DNA of 64,000 bases from Octopus vulgaris (taxonomy: Eukaryota): the NCBI GenBank assembly GCA_951406725.2, contig OX597826.1:40486001-40550000 (forward strand), written 5' to 3'. Positions 49,046 to 63,457 of the stretch are shown here, piece by piece. The stretch's first letter is position 1; every line of letters begins with the position of its first letter. The position numbers and the translations under genes are program-made. Below the pieces are notes generated by a model. It was not told the DNA's origin and searched no databases. It saw only the letters and a list, made by a program, of their open reading frames with translations.

Positions 49046-49949
49046 GAAATAAGATTAAGATTAATGTAAAAAATAAATGAAGCTGAAGCAAATTAACACC
49101 AAATATATAGTAAGTGCGTTTTTATTGACTAAACTGGCAAAATGACCATTCCTAAATACAACATCTGTTTCAACACACGATTTCGCATCAAGATTCTTGC
49201 AAAACAAATATATAAACGTAATTGGTTAAAAAGTTTTTGAAGAAATTACTTGATTTATCTTTCTCTCAAATAGCTCTACCCTCCTGATCTTAGTATGTAT
49301 ACGGAGCTTTATATAAATAGAATTTTTTGTAAGTAACAATTAGAAAATATAAATTATCATGTAAGGCTTAATAGTAACAATTTCTTAAACCTATAATAAA
49401 ACCAGTAATTTTATAAAAAGATTTGTTGATAATAAAATTTTTGTCCAATAACTTAATTATTTCTTTTCCCGACATTAAACATTAATCCTTTATAGATATT
49501 TTCATGACAAGTAAATATAATTTTTAGTCTAACTTTTTGAATTATTAATTTTTTCTAATAAATCACCTTACCTATTGATGTAAGTAAGCTAAATATACCT
49601 TACCATAGTAAGGTATATTGGCATATAAACCTTTTACCCCTTGTCTATAATATTTTACAAATGATTATATTTTTTATTTTTATTTCTTTATTTTATTTTA
49701 AAACTAGTCTCTTATTTATTTATTTATTTATTTACTATATTACCTTATTTAATATATCTCTATAAATTTCATACTCAGCTTATATAAAACTAGGCTGGTA
49801 TATTCACTGTTTATAAATTAAGAAATATGCTCAGATTAAAATTGTTAATACTTAATATATAAATTTTAACATATTCCTTTAACTTAACTTTCCTTTATTA
49901 ATACCAATAATTACCATTTAATAAATAATTATAAATATATGTTAAGTTA

Positions 49950-49990
<41 letters not shown>

Positions 49991-50127
49991 GGTCCCGGGT
50001 TGAGTCGGGGTTAACCACAGTAAATAAGGTACTCAATACATAGCAGAGTAAATTAATAATTTCATAGAAGGAGTTTACAGGACTAGAACTGTTTCATGAA
50101 ACAGTTCTAGTCCTGTAGAAGCTCCTT

Positions 50128-50233
<106 letters not shown>

Positions 50234-50379
50234 ATTGAAGAAATGGAGCTGAACGCAGATTGAACAGAAATCGTTTTATTTCATTCTACCGTACTGTTTA
50301 CTGCTGTGATTTTTGCTACCAAGGTATCGGTTAAACTTTTGATTAATCTACTACAAGATTATTCATCTTTCTATTTCAC

Positions 50380-50428
<49 letters not shown>

Positions 50429-51135
50429 AATTATTTCTATATTGTCTGTCCCTCTATTGTGTAAAATGTTTTGAGATATACTGAAAGTATTCAGAAATAT
50501 TCTTCTTAGTATTCGTTAGAGTAACTCTAAAATGTATCTGTGTATATACAAATACCATTGTTTTATAGTAGATAAATGTACTGATACTATATGAAATCAC
50601 TCTCCCTGTCCCATGAGCATTTTTCTGCAAATTTAGCCGCTATAATCTTGTCTGAAGTACATTCTTACTGAACCAAATGGCTTTGCTTCAAAGAAATCTT
50701 GATTTATGACTCTGCCACTTAAATTGTCTATCTATTTTGCCCTATCCATAAAGGATACACTCTAGTTTCTCTTAGATTTGATAAATTAGCCTATAAATTA
50801 AAACTGAACTCCCCCACTCCCACCACACCCCCCTTAGTAAATCTCAATAACAGAAATAATCAGTGATAAGCAGTGTCTTTTTTGAAAAATCTCAGTTACA
50901 ACTGTGATGTTGTTGATAAAACATGTTCTTTGTCTATCTCCTTATCTTTTTGGGTATTTTGGATAAAAATCATACAAATGAGTGCTTCGAATTTAACTAA
51001 ATTCTATATTTTTATTCAGCTGAAGATTGCTCTACATTTTAAATTGATGCAATGGTTTCATTGTTCAATTAAATGGAGTCGCATGAAACGATCGTACTGC
51101 ATTACCTCTGGATATCCTTGTTGCTTCTTTTGATT

Positions 51136-51256
<121 letters not shown>

Positions 51257-51629
51257 TTTAGATGTAAGTATTTACATGGAAAAGACCAAAGTGTACGTAC
51301 GCCGCTCTATTTATATAAAAAGGAATACCAAAAATGGGACAAGAACGCAAAACATTCTGACAGGCGATACAAAAAATAGGACGGGTCATTCGAAGTTTTC
51401 TTTCTTCAGTCGAGTTCCAGGTAGCATGCTTGCATATCCATGTCCTGAGTTAACATAGGTAATTTATACCGGTTGTAATAACGGATATTCTTATTCCTTA
51501 GACGTTTCTTCCGACCGCTAACTCTACTTACCTATATATAGATATATATAAGCACACACTAGCATACAAAATATGTATATTTACAAATATCTATACATTC
51601 ATGTTCACACTCTATTAAACAACAACAAT

Positions 51630-52185
51630 CCCCAAAGCATACTACCCACTCCAATTATGAAGAAAAGAGAGGATGAAACCAATAAACTGTCCACAGTCTG
51701 TTTACCCTATGTGAAAGGCCTCTCTGGAAAGATACAAAAGATATGCGGCCCATATGATATCAGGACAGTATTCAAAATAATACAACACTTCGCAAATATC
51801 TCCTTCAAGTAAAATCACCAATAGAAGAGAATATGACCAAAAACTGCATGTACTCAATCCCATGCAGCTGTGGTAGTTTTACAAAGGGGAAACATGCTGT
51901 CCCCTCAAAATAAGGGTAGAGGAACATCGCAAAGCTGTGCCACGGGGAGATATTGATAAATCGGGTTAGCTGATCATGTATGGAAAAATGGAGACCAACT
52001 ACCTCTGTGGGATGAAGTTAAAGTTATAGACAGAGAATACCGCTGGAAAATACGAAAATTAAGAGAAGCAGCACATATGCTAGGACACAACAACCTCCTA
52101 AGCAGACCGAGTGCAGATATGGGCAGCATATGGGAACTGGTATTAAGGAAGGATAGGAAAATATTAGATTTATAAGACCTAAAAT
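51630..52185 (+). mobile_element. Penelope-like (Poseidon/Penelope-type) GIY-YIG remnant
   Basis: CLPYVKGLSGKIQKIC..IRTVFK / NCMYSIPCSCG..YKGET..PLKIRVEEHR..DHVW..WDEVKVIDRE..RKLREA; frameshifted. Confidence 0.85.
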
Positions 52186-52198
52186 TCACTCAAATTGA

Positions 52199-53240
<1,042 letters not shown>

Positions 53241-53939
53241 GGAAAGTTAATTTTATTTTATACCTTTAAATTTATTAGTGTTATATTAATAATTGTGAAA
53301 TGACTGGCCTTCCATTATAAGCATGAAATTCTATCTATCAAGTATTTCCATTCTTCATCTTATATCTGTAACCGTATATTCTGCAGTAGTTGTATTACTT
53401 TTCCATTTTGCACCTAACACCTAAATTCTCTTTTATTCATTCTTGTTCTGCTAACTTAAATATCTAAGTTACCTTTTATTTCTACACCGTTTTTGTGACA
53501 TGATCCAAAACCTATAATTTTATCGTAATACTCATCTTCTTTTTTTTTTTTTCTGCTGTTTGATATCTATAAATTATTATATCTCTTCTAGCTGCAACTC
53601 TGCTTCTATTTGATAGACCATATTTAAAACAGAATTCTGCAATGATTTCCTACTTAGAAACAAGAATAGATGCTGACATTTGGTGGTAAATTATGCTTCA
53701 TACACCTGACTACTCATATTTACGGCTTTTCTGAGAGGATAATAAATAGAGTGACCTCTGCTGAAATTATAAACTTATAATTTTAAAAATTGAAACCAAA
53801 TTATAACCTTGAGTACAATTTTTGGAACTTTCCTATTCGCAAAACTTTATGCACCTTGACATCGATGATCTTTTGGTAGATATCTACCCCTACGGTTGCT
53901 GTCTTTATTATTATTAATAAAAATATTTATTATTATTAT

Positions 53940-54500
53940 TGAGTGAGCGAGCAGAGCATGCCATCAAATTGACACTGGGGTAAAATATACGAAGCCCAAT
54001 ATACCCATCATGACTACCCGTTGATAAGGGTACACCAGGCACATGAATCACAACCATATGTGCGCGACATGGTGATCTCATAACAAGATAAACAGCGCAT
54101 GACCTTGCGGATGGGGCCTAGTTAGAATTTTCTTCTGGTTGGGTAACCCATCCCACTCAAAAGGTCCCTGATTAAGGATTGTTTAAGGATGTTGAACGAA
54201 CCACCCATGTTTCCAGAGGTGAGTTATTCAAACCCCAAAGAATCCCTCTCAACACATGGCTATGATGTTCCCCCACTACTTCTACTCGTGATCAGAGATG
54301 CACATATCGTCAGCCACTAAGGGACATGCTCAACTGGTTACGGTGAAACAACTGACAAGCAAATCTGTGGTATTGAGCAGAATATTTGCTGTAGCCCATC
54401 TTTTATACCAAGACAAAACAATGTGCATGATAACACTTCCAGTTAGTTAAGATCAGAAGCCATGAGAGCCACTGCATCAGGGCATTAGGTACTGCATCAT
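53940..54500 (+). repeat. Dispersed repeat family B, ~560 bp, flanked by (TTA)n; strand arbitrary
   Basis: Highly similar to 62706-63177 and, inverted, to 13905, 14503 and 55252. Confidence 0.9.
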
Positions 54501-54524
54501 TATTATTATTATTATTATTATTAT

Positions 54525-54559
<35 letters not shown>

Positions 54560-54579
54560 TTATTATTATTATTATTATA

Positions 54580-55140
54580 ATGTCCATTTTTCTTCTCAGA
54601 TCTCTCGACGTTACTTGTTCCGGTTAATTCTGTATGAACTGACAGCAACCTGTTGTCAAAGAGTTTACAAGGTCTCTTTCTATGATACTTAACATCCAAG
54701 TACCAATCTGAAATCCAATAGAGCATTTTTGTAGGCATATTCTACCCTCATGTCAATCCCAATTTCTCAAACATGTTCCTCAAACCTGCTTGTTAATGCT
54801 CCTAGCGCCTTATTTTCTACTACTTTGGCAGGTTTATATTTCCACCAGTTCTTTTCCTACAAGATTCCAGAATTGTAGTATTTGATCCAGTGCAAATACT
54901 GGCCAAGCCTACTATGGCGATTAATATATCCATTTGAGGTTAACACTGAGAGTCCAAAGATAGGATGGTCAATTATTTCTCTGGGATGAGAGCTACTCTC
55001 TTCATTGCCCACATTTGTGCAATTTCGTCTTTTAATAGCTTCTACTTTTCAATCTTTTCCAGCTCTTCGTCACCAATACGTGCGTCCCTAAGTATAGCAA
55101 AATTTATCATCATAGTTTCTTTCTTCCTTTTATCCACAAA
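54580..55140 (-). mobile_element. R4/Dong-type LINE fragment, degenerate
   Basis: Minus strand YINRHSRLGQYLHW..KNWWKYKPAKVVENK matches the pre-RLE region. Confidence 0.6.
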
Positions 55141-55250
55141 AAAGAAGAAGAAGAAGAAGAAGAAGAAGAAGAAGAAGAAGAAGAAGAAGAAGAAGAAGAA
55201 GAAGAAGAAGAAGAAGAAGAAGAAGAAGAAGAAGAAGAAGAAGAAGAAGA
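55141..55250. repeat. (AAG)n microsatellite
   Basis: Seen directly. Confidence 0.99.
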
Positions 55251-55251
55251 A

Positions 55252-55640
55252 ATGCTCTGATGCAGTACCAGGCACTGGGTCTCATGACTTCTGATCTTAA
55301 CTGATTGGAAGTGTTATGTTATATTCAGCTCAATACCACAGATTTGCTTGTCAGTTGTTTCACCTTAACCAGTTGAGCATGTCCCTTAGTGGCTGAGAAT
55401 ATGTGCATCTCTGATCTCGAGCAGAAGTAGTGGGAGAGCATAATAGCCATATGTTAAGTAGAATTCTTTGGGGTTTGAATGATTCGCCTCTAGAAAGATG
55501 GATGTTTCGTTCATCATTCTTAAACAACTCACTCAAGGACCTTTTGAGCGGGATGGGCTACTCGACCTAAAGAAAATTCTAACTTAGGCCTCAACTGCAA
55601 GGTCATGCACTGTTTATCGTGATATAAGGCAACCATGTTG
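55252..55640 (-). repeat. Dispersed repeat family B
   Basis: Inverted match to 53940-54500 with a small deletion. Confidence 0.88.
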
Positions 55641-55649
55641 CGTCTTGAC

Positions 55650-55920
55650 ACCTTTACACCTATTGTGAAAACCGTTTTCCAGTTCATCATTCTGTTTTTG
55701 AAGAAATAAAAATATATCACATTATTAGATGCCACGACCATCTTCGGGTATTTTGAATCTGCGAGTTAGTAACCATATCCTATACCTTCTTGTAGTCGAT
55801 TTAAGCTATTGATAAGCCTATCAGTTTTCGAGAGTTACTCAAAATTGAGACTTCTATCAGCAAATTATCCTTTATTCCTCTTGATCCGTTCCTGCAGCCT
55901 TTCTGTTCATCTTTCACCCC
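55650..55920 (-). mobile_element. R4/Dong-type RT fragment
   Basis: EQKGCRNGSRGIKDNLLI..IDYKKV(*)D matches RT motifs EQKG..G.RG.KD.LLI and IDYKKAYD. Confidence 0.7.
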
Positions 55921-55983
<63 letters not shown>

Positions 55984-56014
55984 TATCATCATCATCGTTA
56001 TTATTATTATCATT

Positions 56015-56222
56015 AGGGAGTTGAGCTGGCAAAATCGTTAGCACACTGGGCAAGATATTCAGCAGTATTTCATGCGTCTTTACGTTTTCAGTTCAAATTC
56101 CGACCAGGTTGACTTTGCCTTTCAACCTTCTGGATTCATAGATCAAGTACCAGTTGAGTACTGGAGTTGATGGAATCGACTATCACCTCCTCCAAAGTTC
56201 AGGCCTCGTACTATAGTAGAAA
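56015..56222 (+). mobile_element. SINE family A
   Basis: gagctggcaaaatcgttagcac..gttcaaattccgaccaggttgactttgcc. Confidence 0.8.
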
Positions 56223-56249
56223 GGATTGTTGTTGTTGTTGTTGTTGTTA

Positions 56250-58222
56250 TTATTATTATTGTATGTTTGACTTTTGCTTTGTATTTGTACAAGTTGGACT
56301 CAAGTCTCACCCAGAGACCTCAAGAAACAACAGGTTAGAATTTCATGTTAGTATTATGACTAGGCTGTCATATATTTCGTTTTGCACACATTATTGTTAT
56401 AGAGAATGTTTAAGAAAACATAACAAGTTAAGTATTTGTTTTAAAATTTGAGATTACATAGACAGTAGGGTATAGACAGTTCCCACGAGCACTATCCTTT
56501 GAATTTCTGCCATTTTGGGGTTTCCTGGTATCTGAGCTAAGTAGGAATCAGCCCCTTTTTCTATCGTTCCTAGGGCGCCTATGACAACAGGTATTGTTTT
56601 AGTCTTCAGGTTCCACATTTAACCAATTTTTATTTCAATATCTTTATACTTGCTCAGCTTTTAGTAGGTCTTGACAGATACGATTATTTCGATTGGGACA
56701 GTCATATCAATGAGGAGGTATGATTTTTGTCTGAAGTCTTTCAATATAATGTCTGGCCTATTTGCATCTATCTTTCTGTCAGTTTGAATGGTGATGTTCC
56801 AGAGGAGTGAGATGGGATGATTTTCAAGCACTGGAGGTGGATTGTGTTCCCACCAGTTTTTATGATGAGGCAGGTCCAGGTTTTTGCAAATTACCGAGTG
56901 AATATATTGTGCTGCTCTTTTATGCTTGTTGAGACATTTTGTAGGGCCAAGAAAACTGCACATGGAGACAACAAGAGCAATCGTTTCCATTTGTTGTCGA
57001 TATAAACATGTTGGGCTACAGCTTTTCTTCAGTATGATAGCCTGGTAGTTCCTTGTAGGTAGGCATTGATCTTGGGCTGCTATGATAGACCGTTCTGTTT
57101 CTGATTTTAAGCCAGAAGACACTAACCATTGATGTATAAGGGCTTTGTTAACATCGGTATTATTAGCTCTCTCTCTGTGTTTGCCATTTGAGGAGTTTTT
57201 CTTGCCATTTATTAGTAAGAATATCTAAGGCAGTCTGTTTTAGCTGGGGTTTTCATACGCTTAGATTTTTCTGTGCTTGTTTCTAGTACGTCTAATTCTG
57301 GAATTTGTTGTATTTGGAATTAACTTAGATATTCCTTTGCCTGTTTTGTTACCGAGTATATTACTGAGAATGTCATAAAAGAGTTCGAACCAGCGGAGAG
57401 CTACAAATACCTACGGATATTTGAAGGAGACGAAATCAAACAATAAGTTTTCATACTTTGAGACATGTTTTAACATCCAGTCATCAAAGTTTTTCAGATA
57501 GGTGTCTAGGCCAATTGTGGCAATCTTAATTGTTAATCCCAGTTGTAAAAGTTCACGGCTACCCTCTTTCCTTGGCAGGTAAAGTCGTTCTATATCTGCT
57601 TTAGGGTGGTGTATTTTATGCATTATCAACAATTTTCGTATTTTTCTGTCAAGATTACATATTTTAGTAATTGACCAGTTAATGATATTGAAACTGTAAG
57701 TCACAACCGGTATGGCTAAAGTATTGATCGGTTCGATCCTGTTTCTTGCATTCAACTCTGTCTTGAGTATTGCCCTTAACCTGCGATAACATTCTTTTCT
57801 GATCCTTTCCCTCATCATTAAATGTTTGATTTCGTTTCCTTCAAATACCCGTAGGTATTTGTAGCTCTCCGTTGGTTCTAACTCTTTTATGGCATTCAGC
57901 TAGTCAAGATTAACGTTGGATGTTTCTATCATTTTTTCCTTTGATAAAGTTAGCTTTTGCACATTTATCGAGGCCAAATTGCAACCTGATGTCATCACTG
58001 AATTGTTTAACAATTGCTAGTAAGCCCTGTGGTAGTCGGTCATTTTTTAAAAAGTGCTTTAAATTACCCGTGTAAATGAGATGATTTATATTTTAATCGA
58101 ACATTTCATAGCCCTATTGTACATCATCGAGCAATTTCGAGGAAGGTATTAAAGCTAGACAAAAGAGGAATGGTGATATAGAGTCATTCGGGAAAATGCC
58201 ACATGAAATTCTTACATTCGCA
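56250..58222 (-). mobile_element. R4/Dong-type LINE, ~2-kb 5'-truncated copy (RT C-half, zinc finger, RLE), disrupted
   Basis: GIFPNDSISPFLFCLAL, QFGLDKCAK, ELNARNRIEPINTLAIPVVTYSF, RLYLPRKEG, ETERSIIAAQDQCL.TRNY, ANRPDIILKD..LIDMTVP; trinucleotide tracts at both ends. Confidence 0.9.
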
Positions 58223-58227
58223 TTATT

Positions 58228-58258
<31 letters not shown>

Positions 58259-58307
58259 CTGCTGCTGCAGTTCTTGTTGTTGTCATTATTATTATTATTA
58301 TTATTAT

Positions 58308-58364
<57 letters not shown>

Positions 58365-58366
58365 TA

Positions 58367-58397
<31 letters not shown>

Positions 58398-58457
58398 CAT
58401 CATGATCATCATCATCATCATCATCATCATCATTATTATCATTATTATTATTATTCG

Positions 58458-58667
58458 GGAGCCAGCTGGCAGAATCATTAGCACGTTGGGCAAAATGCTT
58501 AGCCATTTTTCGCCCGTCTTTACGTTCTGACTTCAAATTCCACTAAGGTCGACTTTCTCTTTCATCCATTCGGGATCGATAAATTAAGTACCAGTTGGGC
58601 ACTGTGATCGATGTAATCGACCTAACCCCTCCCCCGAAATTGCTGTCCTTGTGGCAAAATTTGAGAC

Positions 58668-58670
<3 letters not shown>
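58458..58670 (+). mobile_element. SINE family A
   Basis: agctggcagaatcattagcacg..aaggtcgacttt..gatcgatgtaatcgac..ccttgtggcaaaatttgagacc then (ATT)n. Confidence 0.85.
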
Positions 58671-58757
<87 letters not shown>

Positions 58758-59814
58758 TATTATTATTTTTATTATTATTTTTATTGATGATGATGATCAT
58801 CATCATCATGATTGTGATCGACACAATGATTGGTTTACGTTGGACATAGTACATAAACGAATACAGATACAGTTGAGATTTCGTTCGACTGAAAACGAAA
58901 ACATATTGCAAGAAAATATCAACAAGGAAATTGGAGCAACTACCATGGGTAATTGGTAATTTGAAATATTCCAAGTTTACTCTGACGTACCAAACGCAAA
59001 TTTACCTTCACTTCGGCGCCATTTACAGTCATCTTTCATAAAATTTTCTGAAATGCACCATTTCCTTCGCTTTCCTGTGTAATATATTTATAGTAGTACT
59101 TGAAGAAGTTAATGAAGGTTTTGCACTCAAACATATTTTATGGACATTTTTTTTTTACATAATCACCCGTGAAATAACCTGTTTTATTGCTTAGAATATA
59201 TTCCTATACCGTTTTCGTCTTTTATGCCCTTATCTTCAAATTCGTTTCATTTTATATCGTCTCTTTATTTTATTTTTTTTTTTTTTTTTTTTGCTTTCTT
59301 ATATTCGGTTTCCAGGCAAGTGGGATATATATTTTATTTTATTCTATTTTATGTTTCTCACTTAACAACTACGCAATAATTCTGCTTTTAAAATTCCGAG
59401 AGAGCAGATACATCTTTCATAACTTCTATTCGCTTTTTATCTTCATTTGTTTTTGGTTGTTTTTTTTTTTTTTTACTTTATCCTGTTTGTTTTCGTTTTT
59501 TGTATCTCTTTTGTTTTATATTTTGATCATTGTATGATGAATAATATCCAAGGTGGTTTTATAATGGTTTGTGCTGATATATTCGGCAAGATGAATTTTT
59601 TTGCTCATAATACTCCATAATGTCTTTTTGAAGAGCAGTCACATTGGCCAATTCCTTAATATCTTTATTCTTATTTATGACAACGATTTCCAGAATCACT
59701 TTTCAGACATTAATTCTACTCACACTAACTTACTTAATTTATATCTTGTACTTTATTTATTTTTTTAATTTATGTTATACAGTATTCGTTCGAAGTGACT
59801 CATTCGCTATTCAA

Positions 59815-60222
59815 TAGTCAGAAATTTGGAGGAAGAGGGGCAGTCGACTAAATAGATCTGAATACTAGAGTGGCAGTTTATTTTATCGACCCTGAACAGG
59901 AGAAAGTCGAAGGGAAACACAGAATGTAACGTGCAAGAATAACTGTTACAAAGCATTTTCACCGATGTTCTGACGATTTCGCCAGTTCACTGCCCTCTGT
60001 TTCTAACATAGGCACAAGGCCAGAAATTTGATTGGGAAGGGTGACGAGTTAGTCGATTAAACTAGTCAGATAACTGACATGAAATTTGTTTTTATCGACC
60101 CGGTGGAATAAAAGGCGAAGTTAAACTTAGCGGAATTCGAACTCCGAGAGTAAGAAGTTGGAAAAAATACAACAGAATATTTTGTCTGACGCTATATTGA
60201 TTCTATCAATCCACTTTTATGA

Positions 60223-60270
<48 letters not shown>

Positions 60271-60680
60271 CAGCAGCAGCAGTAGTAGTAGTACATGGGC
60301 CCCCATCGTACTTGATGGATACTTATTTGGTCGACCCCAAATTCCGTCCCTCGGCGGAATTTGAAATCAGAAGGTAGAGACTTGGAAGAAAAGTTGCAAG
60401 GCTATTTGTATGACGCGCAGACGATTCAACCACCTGGCCGCCTTACTAATAATAATAATCATTTCTACTATTGGCACAAAACCTGAAATTTTGCGGGAAG
60501 GGATAAGTGGATTACATTGACACCCCCCCACCACCGCAACTCACTTGTACTTATTTTATTGACTCCGGAAAGATGAATGGCAAAATTGATTTCAGTGGCA
60601 TTTGAAATCAGAATGTAAAGCCGGATGAAATGTCGCTAAACATTTTGCCCGGCGCGGTAACGATTTCCAGTTCGCCATCT
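59815..60680 (-). mobile_element. Tandem cluster of about four degenerate family A SINEs
   Basis: Same-orientation recurrences of ttttatcgaccc, ggcggaatttgaa and aacgatt..gcc separated by (TAG)n/(AAT)n. Confidence 0.75.
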
Positions 60681-62606
60681 TAATAATAATAATAATAATG
60701 TACGCATATGACACACAATCTATGTATAGGTATAGCTGCACATTTAAATAGCTATGCATAATTCAGTGTATTTTAATACCTAAGTAATAGCAAAATTGAC
60801 TTTTTACTTATGAAACAAGTCAATCATTTTCATTACTCCTTTATTCTTAAAAATATTAACAACGAATGCCTTATATGTTACGGAGGTGGAGGAAAACAGA
60901 TGTAAGTGAAAACTGACCAACGTGTTGGAAAATAACTATTTTTAGGCCTAATGAATCGTTTTCGTCATATTTTCAGACTTTTATGGTGTCTAAATAAGCT
61001 GCTATACACAGTTCCGTTCAAATCGAATGTGATAAATTATATAGAAAATTTTCCTAGAAATAAAACAAACGAAAGATATTTTGGCCTTCTAACAGGATGA
61101 ACTTATCCTTCGGCTATATATTTCTAAAATATCATTCCGGTAAAATAGGTGCACTGAAGAAGAAAAATTGAAAATGTTTAAAAGGAGATAGATACAATTT
61201 CTGAAAGAAAAGCAAAATGGCTAGATCTGAGCAATTATCTTCATCATTGAGCGGTGAATCAATGAAGGACAGAAATTTCTATTTCTGAAAATATAATCAT
61301 CTTAATGCAAAGATGATTACACATTATAATTTGGAAATCTTTATTAATCATACATCATAGAATTATCACTTCCTAAAGTGCAATACCTTTATTAATGAGA
61401 ACTAAACCAAAAACTCCTCAACGACTGACCGATGTGTTTGGAAGGAAAATTTGTGCTTTTCCCAAGACTAATTAGACTTAAGAAAAACTCTCGTTTTGAA
61501 TGGTCTCAGATAATAAAGATAATGTCGTAAGCAATAAATTTACAGATATAAAATACACTAAAACTGTTACCACTAAGATCATTAGACACGTGAAGTTGTA
61601 TTATATATTTATATCAGCATGTTCTACTCATGGAACAAAGTTGCTCGATATGTTAATTTATAAAACAAAATTAACTTAAAGAACTTTGACCCAACGATGT
61701 CATGTTAATGATGAGAAGTGGATGAAAAGGAAATAATACTTTGGTTTAAAAACAAGTTGAGGTACACGTTCAAGAGTACTTAAAAATATCTTTTTCTATT
61801 TGTCTAAGATTCCTCTAGAGCTCACAAGACAATCAAAAAAGCGAAGGAAACAACTCAATCGGTTATTAGACCCCGCAGTTTAAGTTACTTGCAACCGCTC
61901 AGTATTTCTATAAATAACACTTTTGTTCTAACAATAAACTCTTTATTGCATTAATAAACGGTTTATTCTAAATAACCCTTATATTAAATTAAGTAACCCT
62001 TTAAAATTTTAATGAGAGAAAAATGAAAAACTGTATACAGCAGGAAGATTTTACTATGATCCTCAACTGGGTGAAGGAAAAGATTGAATTGTTCAGGCGT
62101 GCATATAGGGGAAGAATTCATGGGAGAAAGTAAGAAAAGACAGCCGGATGGTTATAAATAGCTTCATACCGCCTATTTCCGATCGGGAAGGGCATCTTGT
62201 TTTCTCCTTCTGGTAACTATGACAAAAAAGGTTGTATACTAAACAAGATTAACTGGACTGGTGAGTGAAATTTTCTTCTTAGGCCAAGTTCTCTTTCTCT
62301 TCTGCTGTTCCACTTGCGAGGCTGGCGAGACGGAGATATTGCAGTAAATTTTCTGAAATGTATGAGTGACGAATATGTTCTGATCGAAAGGCCCTACCCT
62401 TAACGTGAGCCTGAGCAGCACAACTAGGACAGAGAGCATGTAGATAAGGGTAGATCTCAATTCTCTGATTCTTCCTAATATCTCTCTGCTGGAAGGTTTT
62501 ATGTCATATGTTTGTATTTTTTTCAGGCTTGGTTAGCAAGCCCACTGTTTTAGTAATATGTTCTCTTACTGTTCAGTCATTCGTCGTCCCTCTGGCAAAT
62601 AAAGAA

Positions 62607-62687
<81 letters not shown>

Positions 62688-62705
62688 GTTATTATTATTA
62701 TTATT

Positions 62706-63177
62706 GAGTGAGAGAGCAGTGCATGCCAACAAAGTGATACTGGGATAAAATATACGAAGCCCAGTATACCCATCATGACTACCCGTCTGATAAGGGTACA
62801 CCAGGCACATGCATCACAACCATATGTGCGCGACATGGTGATCTCATATCAAGATAAACAGCACATGACCTTGCAGGTGGGGCCCAGTTAGAATTTTCTT
62901 CTGGTCGAGTAGCCCATCCCGCTCAAAAGGTCCCTGAATAAGGATTGTTTAAGGATGTTGAACGAACCACCCATATTTCCAAAGGGGAATTATCCAAACT
63001 TCCAAGAATTCCTTTCAACACACGGCTATGATGCTCCCCCACTACTTTTGCTCGTGATCAGAGATGCACATATCGTCAGCCACTAAGGGACATGGTCAAC
63101 TTGTTAAGGTCAAACAACTGACAAGCAAATCTGGGGGTATTGAGCAGAATATTTGCTATAGCCCATCTTTTATACCA
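62706..63177 (+). repeat. Dispersed repeat family B within (TTA)n
   Basis: Direct match to 53940-54410; (TTA)n on both sides. Confidence 0.9.
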
Positions 63178-63178
63178 A

Positions 63179-63253
<75 letters not shown>

Positions 63254-63401
63254 TTTTCTTATTTAAGGTTTATTGTTACTGTTTTTGTAATTGTTTACAC
63301 ATTGTTTGGTGTAAAACGTCCACTATCTCCGTCTACTGTATTGTCTCCTGGTGGTCAATAAATGAAATTATTATTACTATTACTATTATTATTATTATTA
63401 T

Positions 63402-63457
<56 letters not shown>

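Noticed and set aside
49250-49950. Possible mitochondrial insertion (very AT-rich, 12-bp hairpin at 49592-49619)
   Set aside because: No recognisable mitochondrial rRNA, tRNA or protein motif; origin unresolved.
61150-61185. CTGAAGA..GAAA on the plus strand
   Set aside because: No credible stems; expected by chance in A-rich DNA.
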